Of a DNA stretch of 64,000 bases, positions 46,994 through 61,104 are shown one piece after another. The position numbers were made by a program, and so were the translations under genes. A model generated the notes under the pieces. It was not told the origin of the DNA and did no database searches. It saw nothing but the letters and a program-made list of their open reading frames with translations. The stretch spans positions 84,382,001 through 84,446,000 of the forward strand of contig CM068744.1 of NCBI GenBank assembly GCA_035084275.1. The letters run 5' to 3'. Position 1 is the stretch's first letter. Each line of letters begins with the position of its first letter. This DNA is from Hydrolagus colliei. Lineage: Eukaryota.

Positions 46994-48516
46994 CTAGAAT
47001 ACACTTTTAGGCCTGTCAAGCTGAACGACTGGCTCAAAAAGGAAGCATGAGGCGGAGTAAATACGAAATGTCTAATCTTAGTTGTGGTAAGATCGCGATT
47101 GAATACTGTATAGTCCACAATCTCCCCATTTGTCTGAGCAGGTGGCTCCCATTTTACCAGAATGTCACTGGAGGTCCAGGCGTGTAGCTTGGGAGGTGCT
47201 ATTCCAGAAGGTGCTGAAGGATTAGTCCTGGCTCTTACAGTAGGGCCAATGGTGCTTCCTTGGCTGTTGTTGGCAGCCACGGTGTAACTGTACTCCACGC
47301 CCGGAGTCAGAGTGAAGTCATGATACCGAGTTTCTGGGCCTGCGTAGATGAGCACACCATCCCTCGTCAGCTCATAACTTCGAATCTTTCCATTGGGAAT
47401 GGCTGGTTCTTTCCAAGTAATTTCAATCGACTCTGATCCCGTGACCTGTAACTTTGGAGCTCCCATGTTAGACGGTGGGGCTTCCATGGTCCAATTACTG
47501 ACAGATGAGCTTGAAGTGCAACCACCGCCTGTGCAGACAATCAGGACAAAGTGGTACTGAGTGTAGGGCTGCAGGCCAGACACTAGTGTAGACAACCTCT
47601 GTCCAGAGTGAGACAGTTTGTTATTCACAAGGAGTCTATATTCTGAAATCTTCCCATTTTGTATCACTGGCGCTGTCCACGAAGCATTGATCTGCGTCGG
47701 ACTAATAATCTGGAGTTTCGGAGTATTGACTAAAGCTGGAGCTGCTTCTAGTGTCCGAACCTTAGCAGCTTCACTGGTGGAACAGCCTCCCATTGTACAG
47801 GCAATGATTGCATAGTTGTACACCTTGTATGCCATCAAGCCTTCATCTGTATAATTAAATGTGGAAGCATCAAAGCTGAAAGGAAAAAGAACGTTATCCC
47901 TTTGTAGTCTGTAGGACTGCAGCTCACCATTGATTTTTTCTGGCGAAGACCAAGAAATCACTAGCTTATGAGGATTATCTGGTACATGTTGAACTTTGGG
48001 GGCAGCAAGGCCAGAAGGTGCAGCTTGTCTGGTTTCCACAACAGTCCATGGGCTGTCTGCATGGCCAACAGAGTTCCAACTGCGTACTTTGTATTCATAT
48101 CTTGTCCATGGTTTTAAATTACGGTCAATGAATAAATATTCATCTTTGCCTGTATCATATTCTCTGAACACTGCCTCCTCGTCTATTAAGATTGCTCTTG
48201 TACCCTGGTAGTACCTAGTTTGTCCTTTGCTCCTGCGTATCAGTTCATACTGAATTATTTTTCCATTTGCATTCATTGGTCTAATCCACCTCAGTTCGAC
48301 CTGTGTTGCGTTCACTGACTGGGGAACAGGTGCAGGCTGTGAGGCTGGTGATGCTTCATCCGTCCTTATTGCTTGGGGCGTGGAACGTGTACACCCAGCC
48401 CTTGTGCAAGTTTCAAGTATCAGTGTGTAGACCGTGTAAGGCTCCAAACGTCTGAATAAGAACTGCCGTGTCAAACCACTGTACTCCAAATGGTCATCAC
48501 TAAATATACTGTAGGT
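46994..48516 (-). CDS. USH2A: USH2A large exon 63 equivalent, tandem fibronectin type III repeats
   Basis: ctacag acceptor (TYSIFSDDHLEYSGLTRQFLFRRLEPYT...), gtatgt donor, 1523 nt, phase 0-2; ORF 46786-48489. Confidence 0.97.
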
Positions 48517-48589
48517 CTGTAGAACAAAAAAAAGTTACATCAAATTAGTAAAATTCACACTTTTGTTTTGCTTGCACAATACATTTTGG

Positions 48590-48840
48590 AGATTTGGGGC
48601 AGCTAGGTGTATGACATATGAGGAAATGCATCACAAAGCTTAAAAATGTCCAAACCAGACTGAGAGTTCCATGTCTGCCTACTGTGCAGTAAATGTTCCC
48701 TTTCTCTGGAATGGAATGCGTGCTCTCTCCCTGGCGAGAAGCTCCCTGATGTTTAATTCCAGGGAGTATCAAGTTAAAATACATGTTAGTAAGAGTCAAG
48801 GCTTGTGGACCCCAGAGTGTGTGTTAGACAATAATGGAAC
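48590..48840. repeat. Unclassified old dispersed repeat, copy of 13020-13250
   Basis: GTGGACCCCAGAGTGTGTGTT; TGGAATGCGTGCTCTCTCC vs TGGAATGCACACTTTCTCC. Confidence 0.7.
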
Positions 48841-49170
48841 AAAATAGAAATTCCCATATGTTTTCCATCAGGTAGATCCCTATTGGTATCGGCCATCACA
48901 AGGCTTCCAGGGCTATTATATTTGAATCTGAGATCACAAACATTCTCTTTATTTACTGCTCTGTATCTCTTCTGTGTCTGCAGGGTGGAGGTTGACTACA
49001 CTAACAAATATCCATCCTTGCAATGCCAACTGTTGAAGTTGCAAAAGCATATACACACTAACAAGATTGACACGAAGGATGCTTTGACCATTATCGCCAT
49101 CTCCCAACAAAACATAAGTATATCCAGATCTTAATAGGATCAGTGTTGCCCAAGTCTTAAATAAGCTTAC

Positions 49171-49398
49171 CTTGATTATTCCATTCGGGTTAGTAGGTTC
49201 TGCCCATTTCAATAGCAATGCACGGCCGTACTCTTGCCCTTCAACAGTAAAATTGCTAAGCCCACTGGGTGATGTTTCCAGCGTGTGAACAGAGGCCCAT
49301 GGACTTGCCAATTGCCCAGCATTATTCACAGCAAGCACATGAAAATTATAGACCGTGAAAGGCTTCAACCCAAACACATGAGCTTGGTGGCTAGTACC
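49171..49398 (-). CDS. USH2A: USH2A exon 62 equivalent (GTSHQAHVFGLKPFTVYNF...WAEPTNPNGIIK)
   Basis: ttgcag acceptor, gtaagc donor, 228 nt, phase 0-0; no upstream exon found in the remaining 14.6 kb. Confidence 0.95.
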
Positions 49399-50480
49399 CT
49401 GCAAAGGAAATGTATTGGATTTTATAAATCAGCAGCAATTCCACAGTCAGCAAATAGCAACTTATCAAAACAAATTCATTTAGCTTAATCCCTGTGAGTT
49501 TGTTCCTATCTCTGCTTTGCAATGAATTGCTTCAAAAAAATTATGATTCAGTCAGAGAATCCTAGGATTTTATTGTTGTTTGTGCGCCTGGTAATCTGAT
49601 CTTGTGGCATACAGCATTAGGAATGTATGGAGGTATGGGTTTGCTAACATTAAACGATGGTACATTTTGGTGTACTTTTGCAAAGCCTGATGGCTATTTA
49701 AGGAATTTCAATATTTTTAGGCAACTAGAAATATGAAAATTTGACAAAGCCAGACAAGCAGATTTAAAACATATGTTCAATACTAGCCTGTTACATTCTT
49801 CTTTGCTATAAATGCCGTGATTTGTACTTTACAATAGAGAAACAACGTGTTAATAAACCAGAATTTTTTACACAATCAGGTTAACTAGACAATGTATTAA
49901 CAATTTCTTGCATCTGACAGTCACCCATCAGTACCTTGCAACATGCAAATACAAGCATCTGCTTATCATTTATTTTCACGTCTATATATAATATATCTAT
50001 CATTTTGCCCAGAAAATAAGATAACAGTTAAAACCTTCTCCTGCCAGTCAAGTAGCACTGTAGCTCCTATTGTCTTGTTGCAAACTCTTATGCAGAGCAT
50101 GACATGAAGCAGTTGAAAAGTTTTTCAAAGCTTTGACATGGTACATCGCAACTCAAAATAACTACAGCAGTTAGCATGAGTACATTAACCCAACAGGTCT
50201 GGTGGACTTCATAGATTTTATGGGAAATGTTATCAATATATCTGATCTCATTAGTTGCCATTCACTGATCTAAATTACAGCTGCCTCCTTCAGTGATTCT
50301 AAAGCTTAAATGACCAATCCCCTCACCCCACCTCCCCCCCCCCCCCCCCACCCCAGCCCCCTCTGGAAAAATAGTAAAAACTAACACGGGAAAGATATTC
50401 AAAATATTAAACACTATTTTTGATAGGTTTAATGATTCAAATGAATTAAGGCATTAATGTGTACATTAATGTACATTACA

Positions 50481-50858
50481 GAGGCCTGTAGTTCAGTGGT
50501 TAGAGCACTCGCCTCACAAGTGAGAGTCCTGGGTTTGCTTCCCGGCAGGCGAAAACTTGGGCAAATTTCCTTACTCTATACACCTGATAATAATCGCTCA
50601 AGAAAAAAAAAAATGATTTGATTACTCAATCCACGACAGTTCGTGGGACATAGCTGTATGCAATTGGCTGCTGCATTTCGACCACAAATATACAGTCAAT
50701 TCACTTTACGGTATATTCTGTGAAGCACTTTGAGATGTCCTCCCCATTGCCTTGGGACGTCCTCCTGACGTGAAAAGCGCTATACAAGTGTAATTCTGTT
50801 GTTGTTGTCCAGAAGATGCAAAAAGCGCTACATCAAATGCAAGGATTATTATTATTAT
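50481..50858 (+). mobile_element. tRNA-derived SINE with an L2 tail inserted at 50741-50805
   Basis: SINE head, body and tail present; insert flanked by TGTCC direct repeat. Confidence 0.88.
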
Positions 50859-52310
50859 TTAGTATATAAGACTGAGAGGGACTAAATAATTGTTTTGTAA
50901 ACTGGCATTAAAGGATGTCCAAAGAGGTGAACAGAGACTCTGATTTGATCAACTAATGTCATTACAAATAAAATCACTGGCAAATTACTCTCAGGCTCCT
51001 TACTAAACTTTTACTGAACACATACATTTGGAGATCAGCTCAGTATTGTGTTGTGACAGAGCAGCCTTTTAAGTGTACAGAGATTGTGATTGTGCTTCTA
51101 TTCTATCATATGTCATAAATCTAAAATTATGGGATTGTTTCAAAATAATTAAAATACCGAGTCCATCAAATGGAAGTTGGGGGTGAAACAGAATTACATT
51201 ATAATGACTCACAGCCCCCACCACCCCCACTCCCCATACACACAATCTACTTGCAGAATGGAGTTTCTATGGGTTGTGATATTTTTAACGTACAAAATTT
51301 TATTAGAAATCTTGCATTTTCGTTATTCATATTCTTTTTTTCCAAAACAAAAATTACCTGCATGTACAGTGAATCGTGAAACTGGATCATTGTGGCATTC
51401 GGGGGAATGTCACAAATAGAAATCTCTGTAACAACGATATCTGTAGTATGTGGGATTTCTGTGGTAGCAGTTGTGCTTGGTTGCAGGTGCAAAGGAGATT
51501 TATTTTCCAGTGAGTAAATCCAGCTGGCATAGGTTCGGGTCTTTAGCAATCTCTGTCTAGTTATGTGGTCTTTGTGATCTCTTGTGCTGTCATTCAATGT
51601 GCAGAGCAGTAACTGAATGTGCATGACAATATGCCATTCTCACTGCACTTCCTTGAGATTTTGCCTAAAAAATATAGTCAATTCACTTCACAGTATATTC
51701 TGTGAGAGCTTGAGACGTCTTGAAGACGTATTATTATTTATTTACTCACCCACCAGGGAGGGGTGTAGCTGCAATATTCTCTGCACTCTTCCATTATCTG
51801 GATGCATGTCCCCTTGAGCCTTTCTGTACTGTTCACTGACGTGAAGATGATCAACATGCATACATGAGATTCATGTTTCTGCAATTTTTGGTTTGTGGGA
51901 TTGCGGCTCAAGAAGGTTTTGCTTTGCTTTGGAGTTTATTTCTTAGAGGTTATGCCTCATTGAGAATTAGATAATAATCCTTACATTTGATCTTGTGCCT
52001 CATCATATTGTCAAAACGTTTCAAAGTGCTTCACCAAATTTGCTGTAAAGTGTAGTGACCGTGAACTTTGTAGATAGATGATTTTGCACTCACTGAGCAT
52101 TGGTTTGAAATTTATGCTTCGGAAACTAGATGGCTTGACGGTAATTTACCCCATACATCAATTCTGAGGTCAAGAATCTGACAGTAAAAGGGTGAGTTTC
52201 CAATACATACTATTTCAATTAGAAGAAATGTTTGGTTCAGTGAAACTCTGTGTAATGTTGAAAGGAATTGGCTGCCTTGCTGTTTGTGTTTCCAAAATTC
52301 AGTGTATGTA

Positions 52311-53154
52311 CAGTAAAAGCCCGTTTATCTGTGACCCGATCAACTGTAAATTCCGTATAACCGGCACCTAAACAAAATGTCCCCATTCGATTAACTGGAT
52401 CTTATCTGGCACAATCGCTCTGGCGCATTTAATGAGTCGATTGTTGCACTAGAGTACAGTACGATTAGTTCTGAATGCAGTGCACTTCCGATCTTTCTTC
52501 TTAAAGGGGCACTCTCCTTTTTCTCTCCCTCTTTTTCTTTTTCTTTCTCCCTCTCCTTCCTTCCTCTCTATCTCTCCCTCTCTCTTTCTATCTCTTCCCA
52601 TTTCTTTCTTTCCCTCTCTCTCTACATATTGCCTGTGTAGCCTGACGGTATTGTGGATTTACACACTGTTTTGGTGGGGGTGGGGTGGGAGAAGGAGAGA
52701 GAGGCAGGGAGAGAGAGGGAAAGGCGGTGGGGGAAGAGTGGAGGGGGGAAAGAGTGGAGGGGGTTGGGTTTGGAGCCATTGAGATGCCAGACTGACTGAG
52801 TGTGTGTGTGAAAGAGAGAGAGGGGAGGAGGGAGAGAAAGATAGAATAAAAGAGTAAAAACTGACAGTGCCTGCCCCTTTAAGAAGTAAACAAAACTCTT
52901 CCTTTCACCATTGTAGAAGTTTGCTTTGTGATTGTGGGCTGTGTTTATAGACTGTAGTTGATATTTATTGCTTTATTGGTAAGTATCATACAATATTCTG
53001 TTATTATGTAGTCTATTATTCATATGCTATATTTTTTAAAAAGTTACTTTTTTTTGTGTTGGGTTTTCGGCAGCTGGCTGCCCGAATATCCGGCACGCGG
53101 TTTAACCAGCACTGGCCAGGTCCTGAGGGTGCCGGATAAACAGGCTTTTTACTG
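52311..53154. mobile_element. MITE family A, best-preserved copy
   Basis: TA|CAGTAAAAGCCCGTTTATC ... GATAAACAGGCTTTTTACTG|TA. Confidence 0.9.
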
Positions 53155-53208
53155 TACTGTACCTGTACTGTACCTTCTGCTCAAAGGGTGCACAAACTGA
53201 ACTAACTC

Positions 53209-53505
53209 AGGAATCCTGTAACTTAGTGGTTAGAGCATTCGCCTTACAAGCAAGAAACCTGGGTTCGATTCCAGGCAGGGCGAAACCTTGGGAAAGAGTC
53301 CTTATCCACACACCTGATAATAATCCCTTAAAAAAAAAAGGGTTATTTTTCCCGACTCTTTGTGGGATGCTGCTGTGCGCTATTGGCTGCTGTGTTTAGC
53401 CCACAAATTTACATTCAATTCACTTTGCAGTGTATACAGTGAAGCTCTTTCAGACATCTAGAAAACATGAAAAGTACTATATCGAATACAAGGATTATTA
53501 TTATA
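53209..53505 (+). mobile_element. tRNA-derived SINE (main family)
   Basis: GTGGTTAGAGC...CCTTACAAG...GGTTCGATTCC; (ATT)n tail. Confidence 0.9.
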
Positions 53506-53564
53506 AATTATTATAACTTGGCCCATCAAAATACCATGGACAAAAATTCAGTGTCTGTCTAGAA

Positions 53565-54197
53565 AACAACAACAACAAAATTACATTTGTTTAGCATCTT
53601 TCATGTCAGGAGGATGTCCCAAGGCTCTGGGCAGTCAGTATTTCAGACATGAGCTGGGGTTGGGATTGGGGAGGGTGGAAGGAAAGGAGGGGATTTGGGA
53701 TGACTGATGGGACCGTCGAAGAGGAGGGTTTTAAGGTGGGACTTGAAGGAGGCCAGGGAGGGGGTGAGGCGGAGGGACTGCGGGATAGAATTCCAGAGTT
53801 TAGGGACAGAGTGGCTGAAGGCTTGCCCGCCAATGGTGGGGTAGGTGGGTCGGGTGACATGGAGCAGGCCGCAGCCTGCTGAGTGGAGGGAACGGACAGG
53901 TTGGTAGCGGGTTAGGAGGTCACAAAGATAGGGTTGGGTGAGGCCATAGAGAGCTTTGAAGGCGAGGACCAGGATCTTGAATTGAATCCTCTGGGTGATG
54001 GAAAGCCAATGGAGTTGGGTGTGAATGGGGGAGATGGGGTCGCAGAGCTTGGAGCGGTGGAGGATAAAGCCCGCAGAGTTCTGGATGATCTGCAGCTTAT
54101 GGAGGGAGGAATTGGGAAGGCCGACAAGCAGGGCATTGGCGTAGTCAAGCCTGGATGTGATGAAAGCATGAATGAAGATTTCAGCAGTCTGAGAGGT
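53565..54197 (-). mobile_element. L2-clade LINE fragment
   Basis: Collinear with 21770-22410; (CAA)n tail. Confidence 0.9.
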
Positions 54198-55914
54198 AAA
54201 GTCTTAAAAAAAAGGGATAAAATACTTAATTTATATGAAAAATGAAAATGATAATACTATTCTAAACTGCTGGAATACATAATATCTTTCACATTGGTTA
54301 CAGGTATATACGTGATCCAGTCTGTGGCACCAAAGCTGTTTTAAAGTTTCATCTACATTTGTCCACAATGCATTTTATGACAGTTCAAGTTACATGGTGG
54401 GTTAACTCGTCCTCAATCATCAGTGCAATTGGAGTGGAGCTACAAATGTACTAGCAAAGACAATAGCTTAAAGTACTGTGGGAAGAAGATTGCCAATATC
54501 TAAGGCCAGCTGTATAATGCCAGCTTTGAATGTAATTGTTTCACATACTTAATTCAAATTCAAATGCAAACTCACGAGTCTGTAGCAGATGGAGGAGAGG
54601 GCATAAATCGACTCAGCAATTATATAGTTTACAACATTTCCTATGGGAGACAAAAATCAACTTACATTTTTTCTTTTCTCATGTATTTTGTATGATTATT
54701 GCCAAGGGCATTTCCAAAGGGAACACTTGTGGGATGCTAAATAAACTACACTTAGAGGATGCAGCATAAAATCCTCCAGAAACTCAAAGGAACTTTCTTT
54801 TTTAAAAAAGAGAAAGAATCGAACGAAATTGGCCTATATCCAGAGGCTATTCTGTCTCTATTTTTAGTAATAAATACGGCAAGAATAATTCATAATTAAG
54901 CAAAACAAAAAAAAACACTCCCTGCAGATCTGGATATTTTCATCTGGTAGTTAGCCAAAGGAGAGTTACTACTCAGTTCTGGCAAACTGAGTAACAAAGC
55001 AAGACAGCCGGTGTACAAATAATCTCGGGCTGTCTATCTCTCAATCACCTGATTTTGCTTGATTTTTCCTTTGATTTGTTGTTGGCTTTGATCCTTGTGT
55101 GATCTGCTGCAGGTCTCTCGTACCTCACTGACCGTAATAAATAATACTTGCATTGGATACAGTGGCTTATCACTTCAAAATATCTCAAAGCACTCCACAC
55201 AATGACTTCCTTTGAAATGCCGTGATTGTCGTCAGACTGTCAATCAAAACACCACAACAAATCTGCACCAGGAGCACAGGATGAATGGCTAAATTCAAGG
55301 GGTTGTATCTGTTAGGACAAGGAGAGAACTCCCTCCTATTCTTTGAAGTAGTTGCAGGGGAACCCAAACAGGCATCCAGAAGACAGTACCTTTTGCTAAT
55401 GAAAGGGCTTTCATTTTTGTTTACCTTTTACTGCTCTGGTTAACTTTCATTTAACCAAATTATTTATTTCCTATACCGTGTTGGTACAACAGGGTTGTCA
55501 CTGACGACTCACTCCTCTTTATATCTTTAGGGCAAAATGTTACACTCTCAGCTCAGGCTGCCATTTCAGTATGTACAGTATTGATTTTGCTAAGAATGAT
55601 CAGAGTTATAAATACAAAGTTGTCAAAGCACCCACATCTGTTGCTTCTGGGAGCTAACAAGAACATATCATTGGTACCTAATCTGTGATAATTTCTTAAT
55701 GAGGGATTGCCATTGAAAATGTTTTAATGCGGGCATTTTCCAATATGTGAACAGTATGTCCAGAATGTGAACATAGTCAAACCAACTACAAGAAACCTGT
55801 TCTGACAAAAGCTACTTTCTGACACAAATTACTTCCAGTGAGTTTACAGGAAATCTTTTGCAAGGAATCCTCCTATTACTTATAATCAAAGATGGCAATA
55901 ACTCTCCGTAGAGG

Positions 55915-56411
55915 TCACACTCATCCGCCTCCATTGGCTCCCCATCGCTCAGAGGATCGAATGCAAGATCCTCATCCTCACTTTTAAGGGCATTCAAGAC
56001 CTTGCCCCCTCCTATCTCTCCGACCTGCTGACTCCCTAAGAACCTACCCGCCCTCTCTGTTCAGTGGGCTCTGGTCTGCTCCATGTCCCCTGCCCTGGCT
56101 GCCCTGCCATCGATGGAAGGGCTTTCAGCCTCTCTGCACCCAAACTCTGGAACTGCATCCCATAGTCCCTTCGCCTCACTTCCTCCCTTGCCTCCTTCAA
56201 AGCTGGTCTCACTTCACTCCTCTTCGATCGTGCCTTCTGCCATCCTCCCATCTCTCTCCCTCGCCTCCCAACTCTCTTCCTCCCCTTCCCTCCCCCACCC
56301 CTACCCTATCCCTCCCCTGTGCTCAGGTCCCGACCTGAGTGTTCAGTGTCTTGGGATGTCCTCCCAGCACGAAAAAGATGCTCTAGAAATGTAATTTTGT
56401 TGTTGTTGTTG
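55915..56411 (+). mobile_element. L2-clade LINE 3' fragment
   Basis: CTCCATTGGCTCCCCATC...CTCTCCGACCTGCTG...(TTG)n. Confidence 0.9.
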
Positions 56412-59171
56412 TAAGCTTTTTGAAGACATGAACACTGCACTTCCAACACAAATGAGGAGACTTCTACCACCTGTTTCTCACTCCAGAATTGGAAATAAGG
56501 AAAAGCTCATAATCCGATTGACTATGTGTGACATCTTCCAATTTAGGTGTAATGTGGTTACAAGTGGATAAAACTCTCATGCCTCTTCCATAATATGTGT
56601 TGTAGCGCAATCTCAGAAGTCTATGCCTCACTGAGCCAGCAAAACATCAAAATACCATTGATAACTTTCTTTGTGAGATTGACATATTGGAGCCAAATTG
56701 TGGTCTCTTTGCTGGGCTACTGGATTGGGATAAAACTGTCCGAACAAATTCTATTAGGCTTTTTATCCCATTATTCTGTGCTGGAATCCAAAAGCAGGGG
56801 TGAAAAAACAGTACTGTAACACAATCCTTGCTTCAGCACATTGCTGATTGATAATGTTCACAATTAGAAACAACAGGGTATTTTTTTCAGATTACAGATA
56901 TCAGAGACCATTTTGAACTGCTTAATAAGTAAGGTGTTAGAACACTCTTTTCCCAAATAAGATATAAAAATCTTTAATTTTAGTCTTGGGTGAGATTTAA
57001 ACATCGGTTTCTAATGCAGGAAACGGTTACTAATGTTGTCTTCCGAGAAAGGTGCAATAGACAGAAACCTGGGCTGAAGAATAGACAAAATGCTCCTATT
57101 CTGACCCCTTAACATTCATCCCTGGCAGCCAGACAAAGAATGTCATTTGCAGTATCATGGACTAACTGATACATGCACTGTTCATACATTTGACTAAGGA
57201 AAATGTTGTAGCTCAAATGTACGGTGATCATTGGAGACAAAGAAGAAACCACGGAAACACCAAACTAAAAATTTGTTCCAATCTTAATTTAAAACTTGAG
57301 TGAAGGTAAGCAATGTAGACAAATTAAGATAAATACTGTCGTTGGACACAGATATACTACACAATTATGTTAGTGTTATCTGAATAAAAAGGAACCTTTT
57401 AATTGTCTAACTCTACACATTGAAATGAAGAAATGCTGTAAGAGTCCTTACAAGGATTAACAGTCCAAAAAGTTCAATTAATGTGCATGGTTAATCCTGT
57501 TTACTCAGTTTCCAGCTGTAAAGCTGCAAATGCCAAAACACAATGCAAACTTAAATACTAACACTAATCAAAAGTAAATAGATCAGGGCAAAACAATTTC
57601 AGTGTCAGGAACACTGGGACATTTAAAGATACTTTTGTGAGATGAAATATGGAAACCATGTGGACTATAAACCCAAACCATATGCACATTGTCAATAGCA
57701 ACAGATGTTTAATTACAGTTTATTTCAGCAGAGAGGATTCTATTCTGCCCCTAGATGGCAATACTATCAAACACTTGCTGAAGGGGGGACAGTTAATAAT
57801 TTATAGCCTACATTCATTCATCTTAGATGCTAAAGGCAAAGTTAGACATAGATAACAGAATTGATTTCATAATGGATATTAATTGTTGTTTGACCGAGTT
57901 CATAAGAAACTGACAAAATTTGGGAATGGAAAAATACAGAGTAATTTAAAATAGATTAGATATTATTTCTTATCATTTTGTATTATGTATCCATAGTTGT
58001 ACACTCAATATAGAGACTATGACACACCCTGCCAATGGCGCATATTCAGGATTTACATTTGTAGACGCACTCTCTCATAAGTGTAGAAACACAAAGCTGA
58101 TCCTGTATATTTCTGATGCTCTTAAAATGCTAATTCAAATGTTAAAAGTCTCCTTGTTGGGATTTTAGCGCTAAAGTGTGGACTTCACATCTGTGGTGAT
58201 GTTCCTGATAAATCTGGTTTTGTCACTCAGTGCAATGCATTAAAAAATCTTAGTTTTTAATCAAAATGTTCACTAGGATTAGTGTGTGGGCATGTGTCAC
58301 AAAATAGCTAAGAGCCATTTGTGCTTCCCCTCTACAGATATATACCATAATATTCTTAATGTTGCCTTTCTCTGTTTTACTGTTTCTCTAGATCTAAACT
58401 GTTCACACTCAATAACGTGTGAATTGCAGTGAGGAGAAGGGATGGGGAATTGCATACAGTGGGTGAAACTAACAAGTGCTGCATAATTAACGTTAGATCC
58501 TCACATCGCCCTTGTGTAGGGCACAACTGTATGTTCTGAAAATTGAACATAAATTGCACCCATGTGCCTACGCAAATAGTGGGGAAGTCAAGGTTACAAA
58601 TGGGCGTTCACTTTAACGCTGTCAATATGTCTTTGTACAATTCTGACAACAGTGGGACATTTTGTTGACTTGTGCTGTGCTGAATCAAATGTTCAGCACT
58701 GTATGCTGAACAAATATTTTCCCCCCTAGTTCTAGCCAATTCTGAGCGAAGGGTTACACCTTCAACACAAACCTATCTTCCTTTCCAGATGCTGTGTACT
58801 TCTGTTTGCATTTTTCTGTTTTCATTTCAGATTTTCAGCATATGCATACTTTTAAACCTTTGCTGCAGTCTTTGATTCACCCCAGCTGCCTTTCAAGGTG
58901 TGCCAGACCTCAAAATAATTTTTATTTATCAACAATTTTGTTTTGTCTCCTATACCCTGCACACCATTTATGTTACTTCCTTTCCCTTCCTGTTCATGTC
59001 TGCATATTTGCCAGAATTCATTTTCTTCACTGGGTGAAGTTGCCGTCAGCTGTACAGTACTGACAATAGGGGGCAAGGGTTAAAATTTATTGTTCAGTAA
59101 AGATATTGATTTTACTGATGTGCACTTAAAATAGTAGGAAAAATCCCATTGCAAGCAACCACCACCTTTAC

Positions 59172-59483
59172 TGGAGTCCTGTAGCTCAGTGGTTAGAGCA
59201 CTTGCCTTATAAGCAAGAGACCTGGGTTCGATTCCAGGTTTCACTATTTGTGAAACCTTGGGCAAGTTTCCTTACTCCACAGACCTAATAATAATCCCTC
59301 AAAAAAACAATAATAAATTTGTTATTTAAATCCACGACTGCTTGTGGGACACTGCTGTGCACAATTGGCTGCCGCGTTTCACCCACAAATATACAGTCAA
59401 TTCACTTTATAGTTTATTCTGTGAAGCACTTTGAGATGTCTGGAAGACATGAAAAGCCTATATCAAATGCAAAGATTATTATC
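59172..59483 (+). mobile_element. tRNA-derived SINE (main family), full length
   Basis: GGAGTCCTGTAGCTCAGTGGTTAGAGC...GGTTCGATTCC. Confidence 0.9.
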
Positions 59484-59687
59484 ATACTACACCATGACTT
59501 TACTGACCAGTGGAGACTTTCAGCACATCACCATAGCACAGACACGATGGGTCAAATGGCCTCCTTGTAATAATACCACAAATAAACCCTGAAATAAGGG
59601 TCAAATGAGGCAAGGATTATTATTATTATTATTATTCTGTGCTGTATAATTCTATGATTAAGACTTTGAACTAGTTTCACCATACAT

Positions 59688-60265
59688 TTGTCACATCAAA
59701 GCTTGACTATGGAAACTCCCTCCTCATCGGCCTTCTCAGCTCTTCCCTTCACAAGCTGCAGATCACCCAAAACTCTGCAGCTCGTGTCCTCTCCCACACC
59801 AGGCTCCGGGATCCGATTACTCCCATCCTCGCCTAGCTCTATTGGCACCCCATCCCCCAGAGGATTGAATTCAAGATCCTTGTCTTACCTTTCAAAGCCA
59901 TCCATAGCCTTGCTCCTTCCTACCTCTCCGACCTGCTGACTCCCTACCAACCTGCCCGCCCCCTCTGTTTAGCGGGCAGAGTGAACGGACAGAGAGTCTG
60001 CTCCATGTCTCCCATCCGACCCATCCTATCATTGGAACTCCATCCCAGTCTTTTCGCCTTGCTTCCTCCCTTGCCTCCTTCAACGCCGGTTTCAAGACCC
60101 TCCTTTTCAATCGTGTCTTCTGCCTCCCTCCCACCTCTCTTCCTCACCTCCCCCCTACCCTGCCCCTCCTCCATGCTCAGGACCAGACTCCTGACTATTC
60201 AGCGCCTTGGGACATCCTCCCGATGTGAATGGGGCTCCTTAAATGTAATTTTGCTGTTGTTGTTG
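59688..60265 (+). mobile_element. L2-clade LINE fragment
   Basis: Collinear with 29640-30268; CAGCGCCTTGGGACATCCTCCCG tail. Confidence 0.9.
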
Positions 60266-61104
60266 TGGTGGTGGTGGTATAGTCCAGTTCCAATGCAATC
60301 CCGGGAGTGTGCTTATTGCTTGCCCATTGGATGTTAAAGATCCCAAAACCCTATTGAAAAAGAAAAGGGAGTTTTTCTCTGTGTGTTGACCAATAATCAC
60401 CCAAATAAATTCAGTCATTCATTTCTTGGATGTTTATGGGAAGTAGCTGTAGGCAAATTGGCTGTCGCATTCATATACAAAGTCACAGTCCCTATAAGTC
60501 ACAGTAAATACTATAAATTCTTTGAGGCATCCTGTTGACGGGAAAGGCACTATATCAATTGCAATGGTTATTATTATTATTAATAATTAGACTTTTCATG
60601 ATTTGGGAAAGGCCAGCTCAATTCCTTGGCACCATCCTCATGAAAAGCGTTCAGAGCAAAGAGAGGAGAGCCAAGGGAGCTGTGTATCATCTTCATAGGA
60701 TGAAATCGGCAGGAGTGGTGCAGTGACCCATCTCAGTGTGATTTACTGCACTATGGTGTGTGTTTGTAAACAAACAGTAAAATGATTGCCAGATAGTGGC
60801 CTTTAGATTTATGTATTGCACTGACCATTTTTGCTGGTTGCTGCCAGAATGCAGCAGGCAGCCTTTAGTTTAATTGAGAAATCTATGTGAGGAACCAAAG
60901 TCTATGTTCAGCAGGACACCACCAAGGTTGAAAAGAATGGAAGATAAATCATGAAGTAGAGGCCGGTTTGCTTACCACCAAAGCTTGAGTTTCAAAAGGC
61001 TCTAAATTCTAGGAGAAAGGGAAGACTGATAGGTGCAAGGAGGGCCACAGACTTCAAACAAATCCCGCAATGCATTGTAGCCGGAAAAGGTTTTATGAGC
61101 AAAA

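Noticed and set aside
59172-59245. tRNA-like sequences (A and B boxes, TAC-type anticodon loop in several copies)
   Set aside because: They are heads of a multi-copy SINE, run straight into SINE body, and vary between copies; not tRNA genes
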